Part shown: piece after piece, positions 20,645 through 29,913 of the stretch
How positions within the stretch are numbered: position 1 is the stretch's first letter
How the letters are laid out: each line of letters opens with the position of its first letter
Assembly: GCA_965223855.1 (NCBI GenBank)
Contig: CBDCXM010000009.1
Location: 2,752,001-2,816,000, forward strand
Direction: 5' to 3'
Length of the DNA: 64,000 nt
Origin: Candidatus Multivoradales bacterium
Lineage (GTDB): Bacteria > Acidobacteriota > Thermoanaerobaculia > Multivoradales > JAHEKO01
The notes under the pieces: model-generated
What the model saw: only the letters and a program-made list of their open reading frames with translations
What the model was told of the DNA's origin: nothing
Database searches by the model: none
Translations under genes and position numbers: made by a program

Positions 20645-21571
20645 ATGACCACCCTGCTCTCACCCCGCGAAGTCGCTGCTGCGATCGGCGCGAGCGAGTC
20701 GTCGGTCAAACGCTGGGTGGACGACGGCAGGATCCGGGCCGCCCGCACGGTGGGCGGGCACCGCCGGATTGCGATCGAAGAGGCGGTCGGATTCGTTCGG
20801 AGGGAGGGGCTTGAACTCGTCCGGCCCGAGCTGCTGGGGCTGAGGCTGTGGGACGAAGATCCAGGAGACGATCGCGACGAGTCGCTCTACCGGCTGCTCG
20901 AGTCGGGTCTCGAAACGGAGGCGACGGGACTCATCCTGTCCGCCTACCTGGCGGGCGAGAGCCCGGCTCGCCTCGTGGACGGCCCGATCGCCGGTTCGAT
21001 GCGCAGAATCGGAACCCTGTGGAGGGAAGAGCGCGACGGCATCTTCAAGGAGCATCGAGCGACGCGGATCGTGGTGGCGGCACTTCATCGTCTGCGCTCG
21101 CTGTGCCGGCCGGCCTCGGACGCGCCACTCGCCATCGGCGGCGCGCCGGAAGGAGACATCTACGCGATTCCGTCGCTGGCTGCGGCGCTGGTCGCGGAAA
21201 ACGCCGGACTGCGCGCCGTCGACCTCGGTCCGCAGACTCCGCTCGAAACGCTGGGCGACGGCGCGATACGGCTCTCCGCCCGCCTGGTCTGGCTCAGTGT
21301 GAGCGTCGCGGAGTCCCCCGATCTGGAGGGGGAGGTCGGTGCTCTCGCCACCAGGCTCGAACGGGCTGGAGCCGCTCTGATCGTCGGTGGTTGCGCCGCG
21401 GAGACACTCGCCCTCAAGGGCGGCGCCTTCCAGCGAGGGCGAACGATGGCCGAACTCGAAGCGCTGGCGCGGGGTGTGGCGGTCGGCGCCGAGCGGAAGC
21501 GTCAGATCCGCTCGGGAGGCGAGTCGGTCGATCCTCCGGAGAGCAGGGCACGCGACTCCCGGGCGCGATAG
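20645..21571 (+). CDS. MerR/BldC-type HTH plus cobalamin-binding-like domain regulator (CarH/LitR-like)
   Basis: LSPREVAAAIGASESSVKRW...TVGGHRRI; W-x9-EH motif (LWREERDGIFKEH); DLGPQTP; IVGG. Confidence 0.85.
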   Translation: MTTLLSPREVAAAIGASESSVKRWVDDGRIRAARTVGGHRRIAIEEAVGFVRREGLELVRPELLGLRLWDEDPGDDRDESLYRLLESGLETEATGLILSAYLAGESPARLVDGPIAGSMRRIGTLWREERDGIFKEHRATRIVVAALHRLRSLCRPASDAPLAIGGAPEGDIYAIPSLAAALVAENAGLRAVDLGPQTPLETLGDGAIRLSARLVWLSVSVAESPDLEGEVGALATRLERAGAALIVGGCAAETLALKGGAFQRGRTMAELEALARGVAVGAERKRQIRSGGESVDPPESRARDSRAR

Positions 21572-22017
21572 TCGAAGAGCCGTCGCAGGTCGGGTCGGAC
21601 GAGTCGGCGGTCGAAGGGCCGGCCGAGGAAGGTCCGGAACGTGACGACATCCAACACCTCGATGCCGTCCGGGGTTTCCGTGAAGTGATGCTCATGGCGG
21701 AAGAAGGAGAACGGGCCGCGCGCCTGCTCGTAGGCGAAGAAGCGCTCGGGCAGCCAATCGGTGATCAGACTGGACCATGTCAGCGGCACGCCCCGCCAGC
21801 GGAAGCGATAGGAGATCGTGGCTCCGGGCCGCAGGTCGGGCAGATCTCGTTCGATCGGTGTGAGGCGGAACCAGGGCGGGGTCACTCTGTCGAGCTTCCT
21901 CGGATCCGCCAGTAGCGCGAAGACGTCCCGACGGCGGGCGACGAAACTCTCCAGGTGCGAGAAGGTCGTCAGCTGGGTGGCCGTGCCGGCCCGGGCGTGC
22001 TCGCCGGAATGAATCAC
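21502..22017 (-). CDS. SRPBCC family protein
   Basis: VTPPW, YRFRWRGVPLTW, QARGPFSFFRHEHHF. Confidence 0.85.
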   Translation of the reverse strand: MIHSGEHARAGTATQLTTFSHLESFVARRRDVFALLADPRKLDRVTPPWFRLTPIERDLPDLRPGATISYRFRWRGVPLTWSSLITDWLPERFFAYEQARGPFSFFRHEHHFTETPDGIEVLDVVTFRTFLGRPFDRRLVRPDLRRLFDYRARESRALLSGGSTDSPPERI

Positions 22018-23369
22018 GGCCGGGTGCGCCCGAGAAGGTGTCGGAGAGCGGACTCGAGGTCGTGGTCGAAGAAGTCGAAGCCGGCCTCGAGGAGCCTCGA
22101 CGGAAGTGCGCGCTGGCTGGCGAGCAACATCTCTTCCGCCATCTCTCCGAAGGCGGCTCGGGCGACGGGCGCCGGCAGTGGTGCCAACGCGGGTCGCCTG
22201 AGCACCTTGCCCAGAGTGCGGGCGAAGTCACGACTCGTCACGGGATGTGGCGAGACGACGTTGAAGGCTCCCGCGAGGGAGCGATTCATGATGGCCTCGA
22301 AGACAGCGCCGACCGCGTCGTCGATCGAGACCCAGCTCAGGAACTGATCTCCGCTGCCCACCGGGCCTCCGAGTCCCAGGCGGAACGGGGGCAGCATGCG
22401 GCCGAGGGCTCCGCCGCGCGGGGTGAGGATGACGCCGAAGCGCAGCAGCACGACTCGGATCCCGAACTGCTCCGCTTCGCGTGCGGCGGCCTCCCATTCC
22501 CGGCACAATTGTGCGAGGAACCCCTCACCCGGGGAGGAGTCCTCCGTCAGCTCTTCCCCCTGGCGCGAGCCGTAGATGCCGACGGCGGAGGCGCACACCA
22601 GAGTGGTAGGCGGATTGTCGAGCCGGCGAAGCGAAGCGACCAGTTGGCGCGTGCCCTCCACCCGGCTCGCGAAGATCCTTTCCTTCTGGCTCGGGGACCA
22701 GCGGCGGGCCGCGATGTTCTCGCCGGCAAGGTGGAGCAGGGTGTCGCACTGGAGATCGGTTCCGGGCAGCAGGCCGGCTGTCGGCGACCAGTGAGGGGAG
22801 TCCCCACCCCGTGTGAGCTCCGCGACCTCATGGCCTCCGGTGCGCAGAAAGGGCGTGACGTGACGACCGACGAGGCCGCTGGCACCGGTGACGGCTATGT
22901 TGCGCGATGGCGGGGCCGGATGCCGGGCATGCCGGGCGAGATCCCTGCGGGTCGCCTCGTGGCGGAAATCGAAGAGGGTGTCGAGTTGTCGGGAAACCGT
23001 GCCTCGCAGAGGGGCGGAGAGCGGTTCGAGAGGGAGCTCGAAGTCGATCCGATCACGCAGCTTCACCCCCTGGGAGACGTCGGCGAACGAGTGACGGTGA
23101 CGCCACCGCCGGAAGGGGCCTCGGACCTGAACGTCGGTGAAGCCGTGCCCGGGCTCGACCTCGAGATGCTCCGCGACCCATCGCAACGGCATCCAGCGCG
23201 GTCCGAGTTCGAGCACGGCGCGCGAGCCGTTCGCGACCGGCGCCGGACGGACCATGCGGACCGACTGCCAGGGAGGAGACAGCCTCTCGAACGCACCGCT
23301 GCGAGCGTGCCACCAGTAGGCGTCGGCAGCGGAATGAGGGAGGATGGACTCGAAGCTGCGGGTGGTCAT
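22014..23369 (-). CDS. SRPBCC domain fused to TIGR01777-family NAD-dependent epimerase
   Basis: N-terminal GAFERLSPPW/GPFRRWRHRH; VTGASGLVG, HLAGENI, CASAVGIYG, GFLAQLCREWE. Confidence 0.9.
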   Translation of the reverse strand: MTTRSFESILPHSAADAYWWHARSGAFERLSPPWQSVRMVRPAPVANGSRAVLELGPRWMPLRWVAEHLEVEPGHGFTDVQVRGPFRRWRHRHSFADVSQGVKLRDRIDFELPLEPLSAPLRGTVSRQLDTLFDFRHEATRRDLARHARHPAPPSRNIAVTGASGLVGRHVTPFLRTGGHEVAELTRGGDSPHWSPTAGLLPGTDLQCDTLLHLAGENIAARRWSPSQKERIFASRVEGTRQLVASLRRLDNPPTTLVCASAVGIYGSRQGEELTEDSSPGEGFLAQLCREWEAAAREAEQFGIRVVLLRFGVILTPRGGALGRMLPPFRLGLGGPVGSGDQFLSWVSIDDAVGAVFEAIMNRSLAGAFNVVSPHPVTSRDFARTLGKVLRRPALAPLPAPVARAAFGEMAEEMLLASQRALPSRLLEAGFDFFDHDLESALRHLLGRTRP

Positions 23370-23444
23370 GGGGCGATCATCGGCAGGTCAAAACGTTCAA
23401 ATCGTTCACATGGTAACGCGAACCCGTGCCGAGGTCGAGACCTG

Positions 23445-24032
23445 GTGAGAATCCCTCTTCGACGTTCCGAGGGAGAGCTCTCCTCGAACACCGCCAATCT
23501 GCTGCTCTATCAGGCCGGGTGGTGGGCCTGCGTACTGGGTGGAGCGTCCGGTCGGGGAGACCTGGGTGCAGCGGTTGCGGCGAGTCTCGTCCTTCTTCAC
23601 CTCGGGTTGGCGAGCGAGCGAAGGGTCGAGCTGGGGATGGTCGGAGTGTCGCTCACCCTCGGGCTCGTCTTCGAGCCGCTGCTCGTGGCTTCGGGGGCGA
23701 TCCACTACGCCGGAGAAGCCGGAGGGCCGGCGAACTGGCCGACCGCGTGGATCGGCGCCCTCTGGCTCCAGTTCGGCACACTCTTCCGCTACGGCCTGTG
23801 GTGGCTGGCGGGCCGGCCCGTGCTCGGGCTCCTCCTGGGTGCCGTCGGAGGCCCGCTCACCTTCGTCGCGGGAGAGAGGCTCGGCGCGGTGACACTAGGC
23901 GAGCCGCGCTCGCTCGCCCTCGTCCTGCTGGCACTGGTTTGGGCGGTGGCGCTGCCGCTGCTGGCCGCGACCGCTGCTCGCAGCGGTTCGGCCGGTCGCT
24001 ATCGCGCCTCGCCGGCGCGCGCGTCCCGCTGA
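23445..24032 (+). CDS. DUF2878 family membrane protein
   Basis: NLLLYQAGWWACV, WIGALWLQF, GAVGGPLTFVAGERLGAV; start uncertain (GTG 23445). Confidence 0.8.
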   Translation: MRIPLRRSEGELSSNTANLLLYQAGWWACVLGGASGRGDLGAAVAASLVLLHLGLASERRVELGMVGVSLTLGLVFEPLLVASGAIHYAGEAGGPANWPTAWIGALWLQFGTLFRYGLWWLAGRPVLGLLLGAVGGPLTFVAGERLGAVTLGEPRSLALVLLALVWAVALPLLAATAARSGSAGRYRASPARASR

Positions 24033-24054
24033 GCGAAGCCTCCTGAGAGTGCGC

Positions 24055-24510
24055 TCAGGGGTGAATCACTTCGAGGGTGTACGAAACGGTGATGTCCTCG
24101 AAGATGTTGCCGACGTCCGACACGCAGGTGCAGTAGGCGCCGGGCGGCAGGTTGGAGGAGAGGAAGTCCTCGAACAACCGCACCGACGTGTCCTGGGCGA
24201 AACCGACACAGTTCTCGGGATCCGCAGGATCGGGTTGCCCGAGCAGAATGCCCACGGTGAGCGTCGTCAGCGGCTGAAGATCGATGACTTCGAGGACCGT
24301 GTCGCCGGTGGCGACCGTCGTGAAGTCGTGACAGGACATCTCTCCCAGCGCGAGCATGCCGTCGAACGTCTCCGTCACCGTCGGCGGGTCCACAGGCTCC
24401 ACGGGTGTCGGCGCCGTAGGGGCATCCTCCTCGCAGCCGGTGATGAAGAGGGCCAGCAGGAGGCAGGGTGTCAGGCGGCGCAGCAGCCGGGCGGAAGCAT
24501 CGAGACGCAT
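24055..24510 (-). CDS. hypothetical lipoprotein
   Basis: Lipobox FITGC; G.YC.CVSD.G beta-sandwich-like pattern; paralog of the next gene. Confidence 0.75.
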   Translation of the reverse strand: MRLDASARLLRRLTPCLLLALFITGCEEDAPTAPTPVEPVDPPTVTETFDGMLALGEMSCHDFTTVATGDTVLEVIDLQPLTTLTVGILLGQPDPADPENCVGFAQDTSVRLFEDFLSSNLPPGAYCTCVSDVGNIFEDITVSYTLEVIHP

Positions 24511-24540
24511 TCGTCGACCTTTCTGGGAAAGCGGGCGGTG

Positions 24541-24969
24541 TCAGGAGATGGTGACGCTGAGCGCGTAGCCGATCAGCGCGTCGTCGGGGAGCGATCCGGA
24601 GTCGAAGACCTCGAGACAATAGTCACCGGCCGCCAGACCGAAGGAGACCCTACCGAGCTCTGCGAGAGTGAACGAACTCGACAGGTCGCACTCGTCACCG
24701 TCGGGCCTGCCGAGACCGAGCCCCACGGTCAGGTTGACCGAGTCGGCGCCGACGGGCAGCTGGATGAGAATCGGCCGCAGATCGGCGATATCGACGACGA
24801 CGGCGCCTTCGTCCGCCAGCGAGATCGGATGGGCGCTGCGCCCGTCGGTCTCGAGGGTTCCTTCGAGCACGAGAACCTGTCGTGGCGACGAGGGAGAGTC
24901 GCCGGAGCAGCCGGTCAGGGCCAGCAGACAGAGCGCGGCGGCGGAGAGAATGCGCGAGGCGGATTGCAC
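24541..24969 (-). CDS. hypothetical lipoprotein
   Basis: Lipobox ALTGC; LTVGLGLGRPD...GDYCLEVFDSG matches the neighbour's LTVGILLGQPD...GAYCTCVSDVG. Confidence 0.75.
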   Translation of the reverse strand: MQSASRILSAAALCLLALTGCSGDSPSSPRQVLVLEGTLETDGRSAHPISLADEGAVVVDIADLRPILIQLPVGADSVNLTVGLGLGRPDGDECDLSSSFTLAELGRVSFGLAAGDYCLEVFDSGSLPDDALIGYALSVTIS

Positions 24970-25159
24970 GGGGATCTGAGTCCTGAGTGGTCTGAGGCGG
25001 CGAATCTCGGCGGCTCGGCACCGAGTGCCTATTCTAAGGGTTTCGGAAGCTGTTTGATTCCGGCTGGTGTGGCATCAACCGCTGCCGAACCCGGGAACGG
25101 CGTCGCATCCTCTCACAAGCGGGGTCGCCGGGCATGGCGCCAGCAGGCATAATGCCTCG

Positions 25160-26173
25160 GTGAATCAGGTCGCCGATCCGTCTCGCGTCGTCTCGCTCTC
25201 GCTGGTGGTGCTGGCCGCCGTCGCCGTGGCGGTCGCTTTGGCGTACACGCGGGCGTTGATGGTCCCGTTCGTGCTGGCGATCTTCATCACCTATCTGGTG
25301 ACGCCGCTGGTGGAGTTTCTGCGTCGCCGGCTGCGTCTTCCGCGGGTGCTCTCGGTCCTGATCGCGCTGGCGGCGACGGTCGGTCTCTTGATCCTGCTTG
25401 GAGCGCTGATCAGCAGCTCGGCGGGCCGTCTCGGCGAGTCGGCGGAGATCTACGAGCGCGAGTTCGCGGCGATGGTGACCTGGGCGGTCAGTGCACTCGG
25501 TCGCTTCGGATTCGACCTGGGGCAGGAGCCTCTCGTCGACGCCGTGCGGCAGCTTCCGATCCTGTCGATGGTGCGCTCGACGCTGGGGACGATCGTCGAT
25601 CTGGCGGCGACCCTGGTGCTGGTGGTCGTCTTCGTGATGTACCTGCTGTTGAGTCGTCGGCCGCCGGAGCTCAAGCAGGGGGTCTACGCCGAGATCAACG
25701 CGCGGATTCGCAAGTATCTCGCGGTCAAGTTCGTGATCTCGGCGGCAACGGGAGCGATCGTCGGCTCGATCCTCGCTCTCTTCGGACTCGATCTCGCTCT
25801 GGTCTTCGGGGTGATGGCGTTTCTGCTGAACTTCATCCCCTCGATCGGCTCGGTGGTGGCGACCCTGTTGCCGATCCCGATCGCGATCCTGCAGTTCGAC
25901 AATCCATGGACGATCGCCGCGGTCGTCCTGATTCCCGGCGTCGTGCAGCTCGTCATCGGCAACGGAGTGGAGCCGGTCGTCATGGGGGAGGGGCTCGATC
26001 TCCATCCGATCGCCATCCTGCTCGCGCTCATCCTGTGGGGCCTGCTGTGGGGCCCGGTGGGAATGCTGCTCGCGGCACCGATGACGGCGATTCTGCGCAT
26101 CATCCTCGAACGGGGCGAAGCGACGCGCCCGATCGCCGGCCTCCTCGCGGGGCGAATTCCGCCGAGTCGCTGA
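25160..26173 (+). CDS. AI-2E family transporter (PerM-like)
   Basis: PFVLAIFI..LVTPLV, FLLNFIPSIG, GN.VEP..MG..LDLHP, WG.VG.LLA.P. Confidence 0.9.
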   Translation: MNQVADPSRVVSLSLVVLAAVAVAVALAYTRALMVPFVLAIFITYLVTPLVEFLRRRLRLPRVLSVLIALAATVGLLILLGALISSSAGRLGESAEIYEREFAAMVTWAVSALGRFGFDLGQEPLVDAVRQLPILSMVRSTLGTIVDLAATLVLVVVFVMYLLLSRRPPELKQGVYAEINARIRKYLAVKFVISAATGAIVGSILALFGLDLALVFGVMAFLLNFIPSIGSVVATLLPIPIAILQFDNPWTIAAVVLIPGVVQLVIGNGVEPVVMGEGLDLHPIAILLALILWGLLWGPVGMLLAAPMTAILRIILERGEATRPIAGLLAGRIPPSR

Positions 26174-26409
26174 CTCCGCTCGTCGTCGAGGCCCGTTGCC
26201 CGTGCCTCGTTCGCCTGAGCCCGGTGCTCGAGCCAGGCGCCGCCTCTCGAGGCCGGCCGTGCAGGGCGGTTTCCGTGTGGTAAGGTCTCTCCATCCAGTA
26301 GAGGAACCTCCGGTTGCGGGAGCCGTTCAGGCGGTCTTCGGGCGGGAGGGGTGCATCGACACACTGCGCCGCGTCATCGCCCGGTCGCTTCTGTCGCTGC
26401 CCTCTCGGG

Positions 26410-27741
26410 TCAGGGGAGAGTGGTCGACCAGGCCGAAGTGTCGCCCGACTCGAACCCGTCCAGGAAGATCAGGTTCGGGTCGAAGTAGAAGACCTGATCC
26501 GCGCTCCATGCACCGTCGCCCGCGGTGTTGAGGCCGCGGACGCGCCAGGTGTACTCGCCTTCGACGAGCGGCTTGCCGTCGAACGGGTCGACCGTGCACG
26601 AGGTGCCGGTGCAGACCTCCTCGGTGGCGAACCGCTCGTCCAGGACGGTGTCGATGCCGTCGCTGACGAAGAGCTGATAGCGGGTGGCGGAGAGCTCGTC
26701 CTCGCGATCCCACTCGAAGACCGGCTCGGCGTCGCCGATCACACCGATCGGCGCGACCGGCTCGGGAGCGGTCGGGGGGGCGAGCGTGTCGATCGTGAAC
26801 GGCGTGCTGCGCCAGGAGCCGCGATCGCGCGGATTGCGTCCACGGACCTCCCAGGTATAGCTGCCGTCCGGGAAGTCGTCGGTGTTGATCGTGCACTGAC
26901 TGGAGTTGCAGACGTCGTTCTCCTCGACCCAGTCATTGAACAGCGGCGTCGCCCCGTCGAGAACCCTCAACTGGTAGAAGGTCGCGGTACCGCTCGGCTC
27001 CTTGTCCCAGACGAACGGTGGAGAGGGGTCGTTCACGGTTCCGGTCGGTCCGAGTGCGGTCACGAGGCCCGGGATCGATTCGCTCACGATCTCGGCCTCG
27101 AAGGTTTCCGCAAGAATGTCGAAGCCGCTCGGGTCAGGGTGGCCTACCGCTCCCGGGGGGTCGTGGTAGTGCTGATCGAAGCAGGCCTGGTCGGGGCAAA
27201 GCGGGGTCCAGGGGTCTGCGAACCAGCGGTTGCGGCTCGCGGCCAGGTTGGAGATCCGCCCCCTCAGCGAAGCGACCTGCGAGACCATGCTCCCGTTCTG
27301 TCCGGCCGTGCTTCCCGGGTCCAGGTGGACGATCGAAGCATGAAGCGTGTCGACGCCTCGATTCGCAGCGTTGGTGTCCATCGTCGCCAGATTCGCCTCG
27401 ATGGTGTTGTTCGAGATGCCCGCGAAGACGTCGTTCGTTCCCTCCATGAGGAGCACGATGTCCCACGGCCCCTCGTTGTCGAGCAGGCCGTTGAGGCGCG
27501 AGATGCCCGCCGAAGTCCGTTCGCCGTCCTTGCCCTCGTTGACGACCTCGCAGTCGGGCGGGAAGCACCCCAGGAGATTGTCGAGACGCCCGGGGTAGCC
27601 GCCCTGACCGGTCGGGTCGAACGTGCTGTTACCGGTCGTGATGCTGTCGCCGAATGCCATGTAGCGGAAGATCTGCGCTTCGGCGGGGGGCGCGACCGCC
27701 AGGGTCGCCCAGACGACGAGAATCGGATGCCAGCGTCTCAT
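26410..27741 (-). CDS. secreted SGNH/GDSL hydrolase with two Ig/FN3-like repeats and C-terminal IFxDGFES motif
   Basis: AFGDSIT, NEGKDG, LMEGTND, GHPD; YTWEVRG/YTWRVRG repeats; ends IFLDGFESGDTSAWS. Confidence 0.88.
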   Translation of the reverse strand: MRRWHPILVVWATLAVAPPAEAQIFRYMAFGDSITTGNSTFDPTGQGGYPGRLDNLLGCFPPDCEVVNEGKDGERTSAGISRLNGLLDNEGPWDIVLLMEGTNDVFAGISNNTIEANLATMDTNAANRGVDTLHASIVHLDPGSTAGQNGSMVSQVASLRGRISNLAASRNRWFADPWTPLCPDQACFDQHYHDPPGAVGHPDPSGFDILAETFEAEIVSESIPGLVTALGPTGTVNDPSPPFVWDKEPSGTATFYQLRVLDGATPLFNDWVEENDVCNSSQCTINTDDFPDGSYTWEVRGRNPRDRGSWRSTPFTIDTLAPPTAPEPVAPIGVIGDAEPVFEWDREDELSATRYQLFVSDGIDTVLDERFATEEVCTGTSCTVDPFDGKPLVEGEYTWRVRGLNTAGDGAWSADQVFYFDPNLIFLDGFESGDTSAWSTTLP

Positions 27742-28818
27742 CGCGCGTCTCCCCAGCCGGCAGTGGCGGGCGGGGTCGTACCGTCGAACCAGACGAAATG
27801 CACACCTTCTTCCCGCCACTCGATCGCCGGGCGAGAGGCCGACCTCTGCGCCGTGCTGGCTCGGCGTCTCTCCGATCCGCGTTGGTCGAGCTCGACCGCG
27901 TGCCAGCGGTCGGGCACGACCGTACTGTAGCTCAGGCGTGCCCCTCGGTGATCGTGTTGAAGGAGCGGGTCGACGCCACCTTTTCCGCTCCGGTGATCGA
28001 CATCGATCCACGCCCTGCCGTCGAAGCGCGCGAGGCGGATCCTGTAGTCCGCTCCGTCGAAGGCGCTCCAGGCGACGATCGCTCCACCGTCGACGGCGAC
28101 GATCGTCGGGGTGGTGTCCGGGTATGGATTGTCTTCGTGAAGACGTCGGGGCGGGCTCCAGCGGCCGTCGAAGCGGCTCCACATCGTCTCGTCGTCACTA
28201 CCGTCGAAGGCCGTCCAGACGACCATCCAGCTACCGTCGTCGAGGACCGTCACGGCCGGGGCCACCTGGCCTCCCGGCACCCTGGCGGCGATCGTGGCGG
28301 GGGCCCTCCCAGGAGCTCCCCAGCCAGCGGGCGGCACGCAACTCCAGATCTTCCTGGCGGTGCCCCTCCAGCCATACGAGCCCCAGGAGGCGACCGTCGT
28401 CGGCGACCAGTCTGGCGCTGCCGCGCGGCAGGCCGTTCGACGGGGGCAGGGGGAGAGGAGTGACCGTGTCGCCCTCGCCGGCGACGAGGAAGAGATCGAT
28501 GAAGCCGTCTGCTGCGGCGTGGCCGGCGGCGAGGAACCCATCGCTGCCTCCTGCGAGATCGGTCGCCCGGCCTCCGAGGGCCGGCCAACAGTTCTCACGG
28601 CCGCGATCTGGCGCGGACGGAGAGAACGCGCAGATCTCTGCGCCGCTCGACACCGAGAACCAGCCTGTCTCGGTTTGCGGAGCCTGATGGACGAGGCCCG
28701 AGATTGCCGGTCGCTCGCTGCTCGCCACAGGAGCGACGGCTGTCAGGAGAAGGACGGCGACGAGAGGGAGACTCGCGCGGGGGGCTGTAGTGCGACACTG
28801 CATGGAGCGACACTGCAT
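27738..28818 (-). pseudogene. secreted beta-propeller-like protein split by a +1 frameshift
   Basis: Signal-peptide N-half (frame of 28231..28977) switches to the C-half frame (27738..28598) at the G5 run 28299-28303 (WEGP|ATIAA). Confidence 0.7.
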
Positions 28819-28963
28819 GGTGATCCGGGGTCGATCTCGAGGCCGTCCTGCACGGCGCAACCTTCCGATCTTACCCCGATCCGGGGTCGGCCGCGCGCCG
28901 GCCTGAGCGCCGGCCCGAGCGGGTTCCCTTGCGTCGGAGGACGCTTGCATAGGAGCATCGCGC

Positions 28964-29662
28964 ATGCGCAGGCCCAAGGTCAGGGTGCTCGCCGTGGGTG
29001 GCGAGGAGGCTCGATCCGTCGAGCCTCATCTCGAGAACCTGCCGTGCTTCGTCGAGTGGGCTCCGGACGGGAGGACGGCCGTGCTCCTGGCGGCACGGAT
29101 GACGTACCAGCATCTGCTGGTCGGCTTTCCGCTCCCCGACATGGAGGTGGAGGAGTTCCTGGGTGAACTGCGCCGCCCCGACGGAGCGTCGGCGACGGCG
29201 AGGATGCTGTTGCTGACGACGGAGAAGCGCCGCGAAGAGATCGAGGAGATCCGGGACGAGGGGTTCATCACCGGCGTCGTGGCCGTGGACGGCTCCGACG
29301 TGGCCGTGGAACGCGGTCTGATCAGCTTCCTGAAGGCGGCGCCCCGTGTTCCGGCGGCGTTGCGGGTGAGAATGGTGGCGATCGAGGAAGGCGCGGTGGT
29401 CGAAGGGGAGACCGTCAACCTCTCGGAATCCGGCCTCCTGGTGCGCTCCGAGCTGGCCCTCGAGCGGGGCGACGAAGTGGAGATCGAGATCTCCATGCCA
29501 CGCGGTGTGCCGCTGCGTGCGACGGCTCTGGTGGTGCGGCAACCCAGACCGGAGTACGAGAGCGTCCAAGGGATGGGGCTGCGCTTCCTGGCGTTCGAAG
29601 GGGACGACCAGGTCCGGCTGGAGGTCCTCATCCGAGGGCTGCTGGCCGAGAGCGTCGGCTGA
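28964..29662 (+). CDS. degenerate receiver domain plus PilZ domain protein
   Basis: REC-like N-terminus (LPDM); APRVP...NLSESGL PilZ-type motifs; GMGLRF. Confidence 0.8.
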   Translation: MRRPKVRVLAVGGEEARSVEPHLENLPCFVEWAPDGRTAVLLAARMTYQHLLVGFPLPDMEVEEFLGELRRPDGASATARMLLLTTEKRREEIEEIRDEGFITGVVAVDGSDVAVERGLISFLKAAPRVPAALRVRMVAIEEGAVVEGETVNLSESGLLVRSELALERGDEVEIEISMPRGVPLRATALVVRQPRPEYESVQGMGLRFLAFEGDDQVRLEVLIRGLLAESVG

Positions 29663-29795
29663 CCCCCGGCCTTTCCCACCTCCGCCGGAGGCTTCCCACG
29701 AGCCTGGCCGGCCGTCGTGACCGCTCCGGCGGAAGGGGGGCTGAAAACGACCCCGCGCTCTTCCGGCCGGTCTTCCGGCCGCGAGGAGGAGGCGG

Positions 29796-29825
29796 TTGCA
29801 GAATATTAGTCAAATCATGTAAGAT
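29796..29825 (+). promoter_or_regulatory. candidate sigma70 promoter of lon
   Basis: TTGCAG-N18-TAAGAT in a rare AT-rich patch upstream of RBS GAGGA. Confidence 0.45.
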
Positions 29826-29913
29826 TTTGGGCTCACGGTGAAACCGTGGGGCCGCGCCCTCCGTATCTGGGATCAGCGGCACTGCTGTTCATCACCTCGA
29901 GAGGACCTCACAC

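Noticed and set aside
29808-29824. CtsR box upstream of lon (AGTCAAA-TCA-TGTAAGA)
   Set aside because: Only one heptad matches well; insufficient evidence
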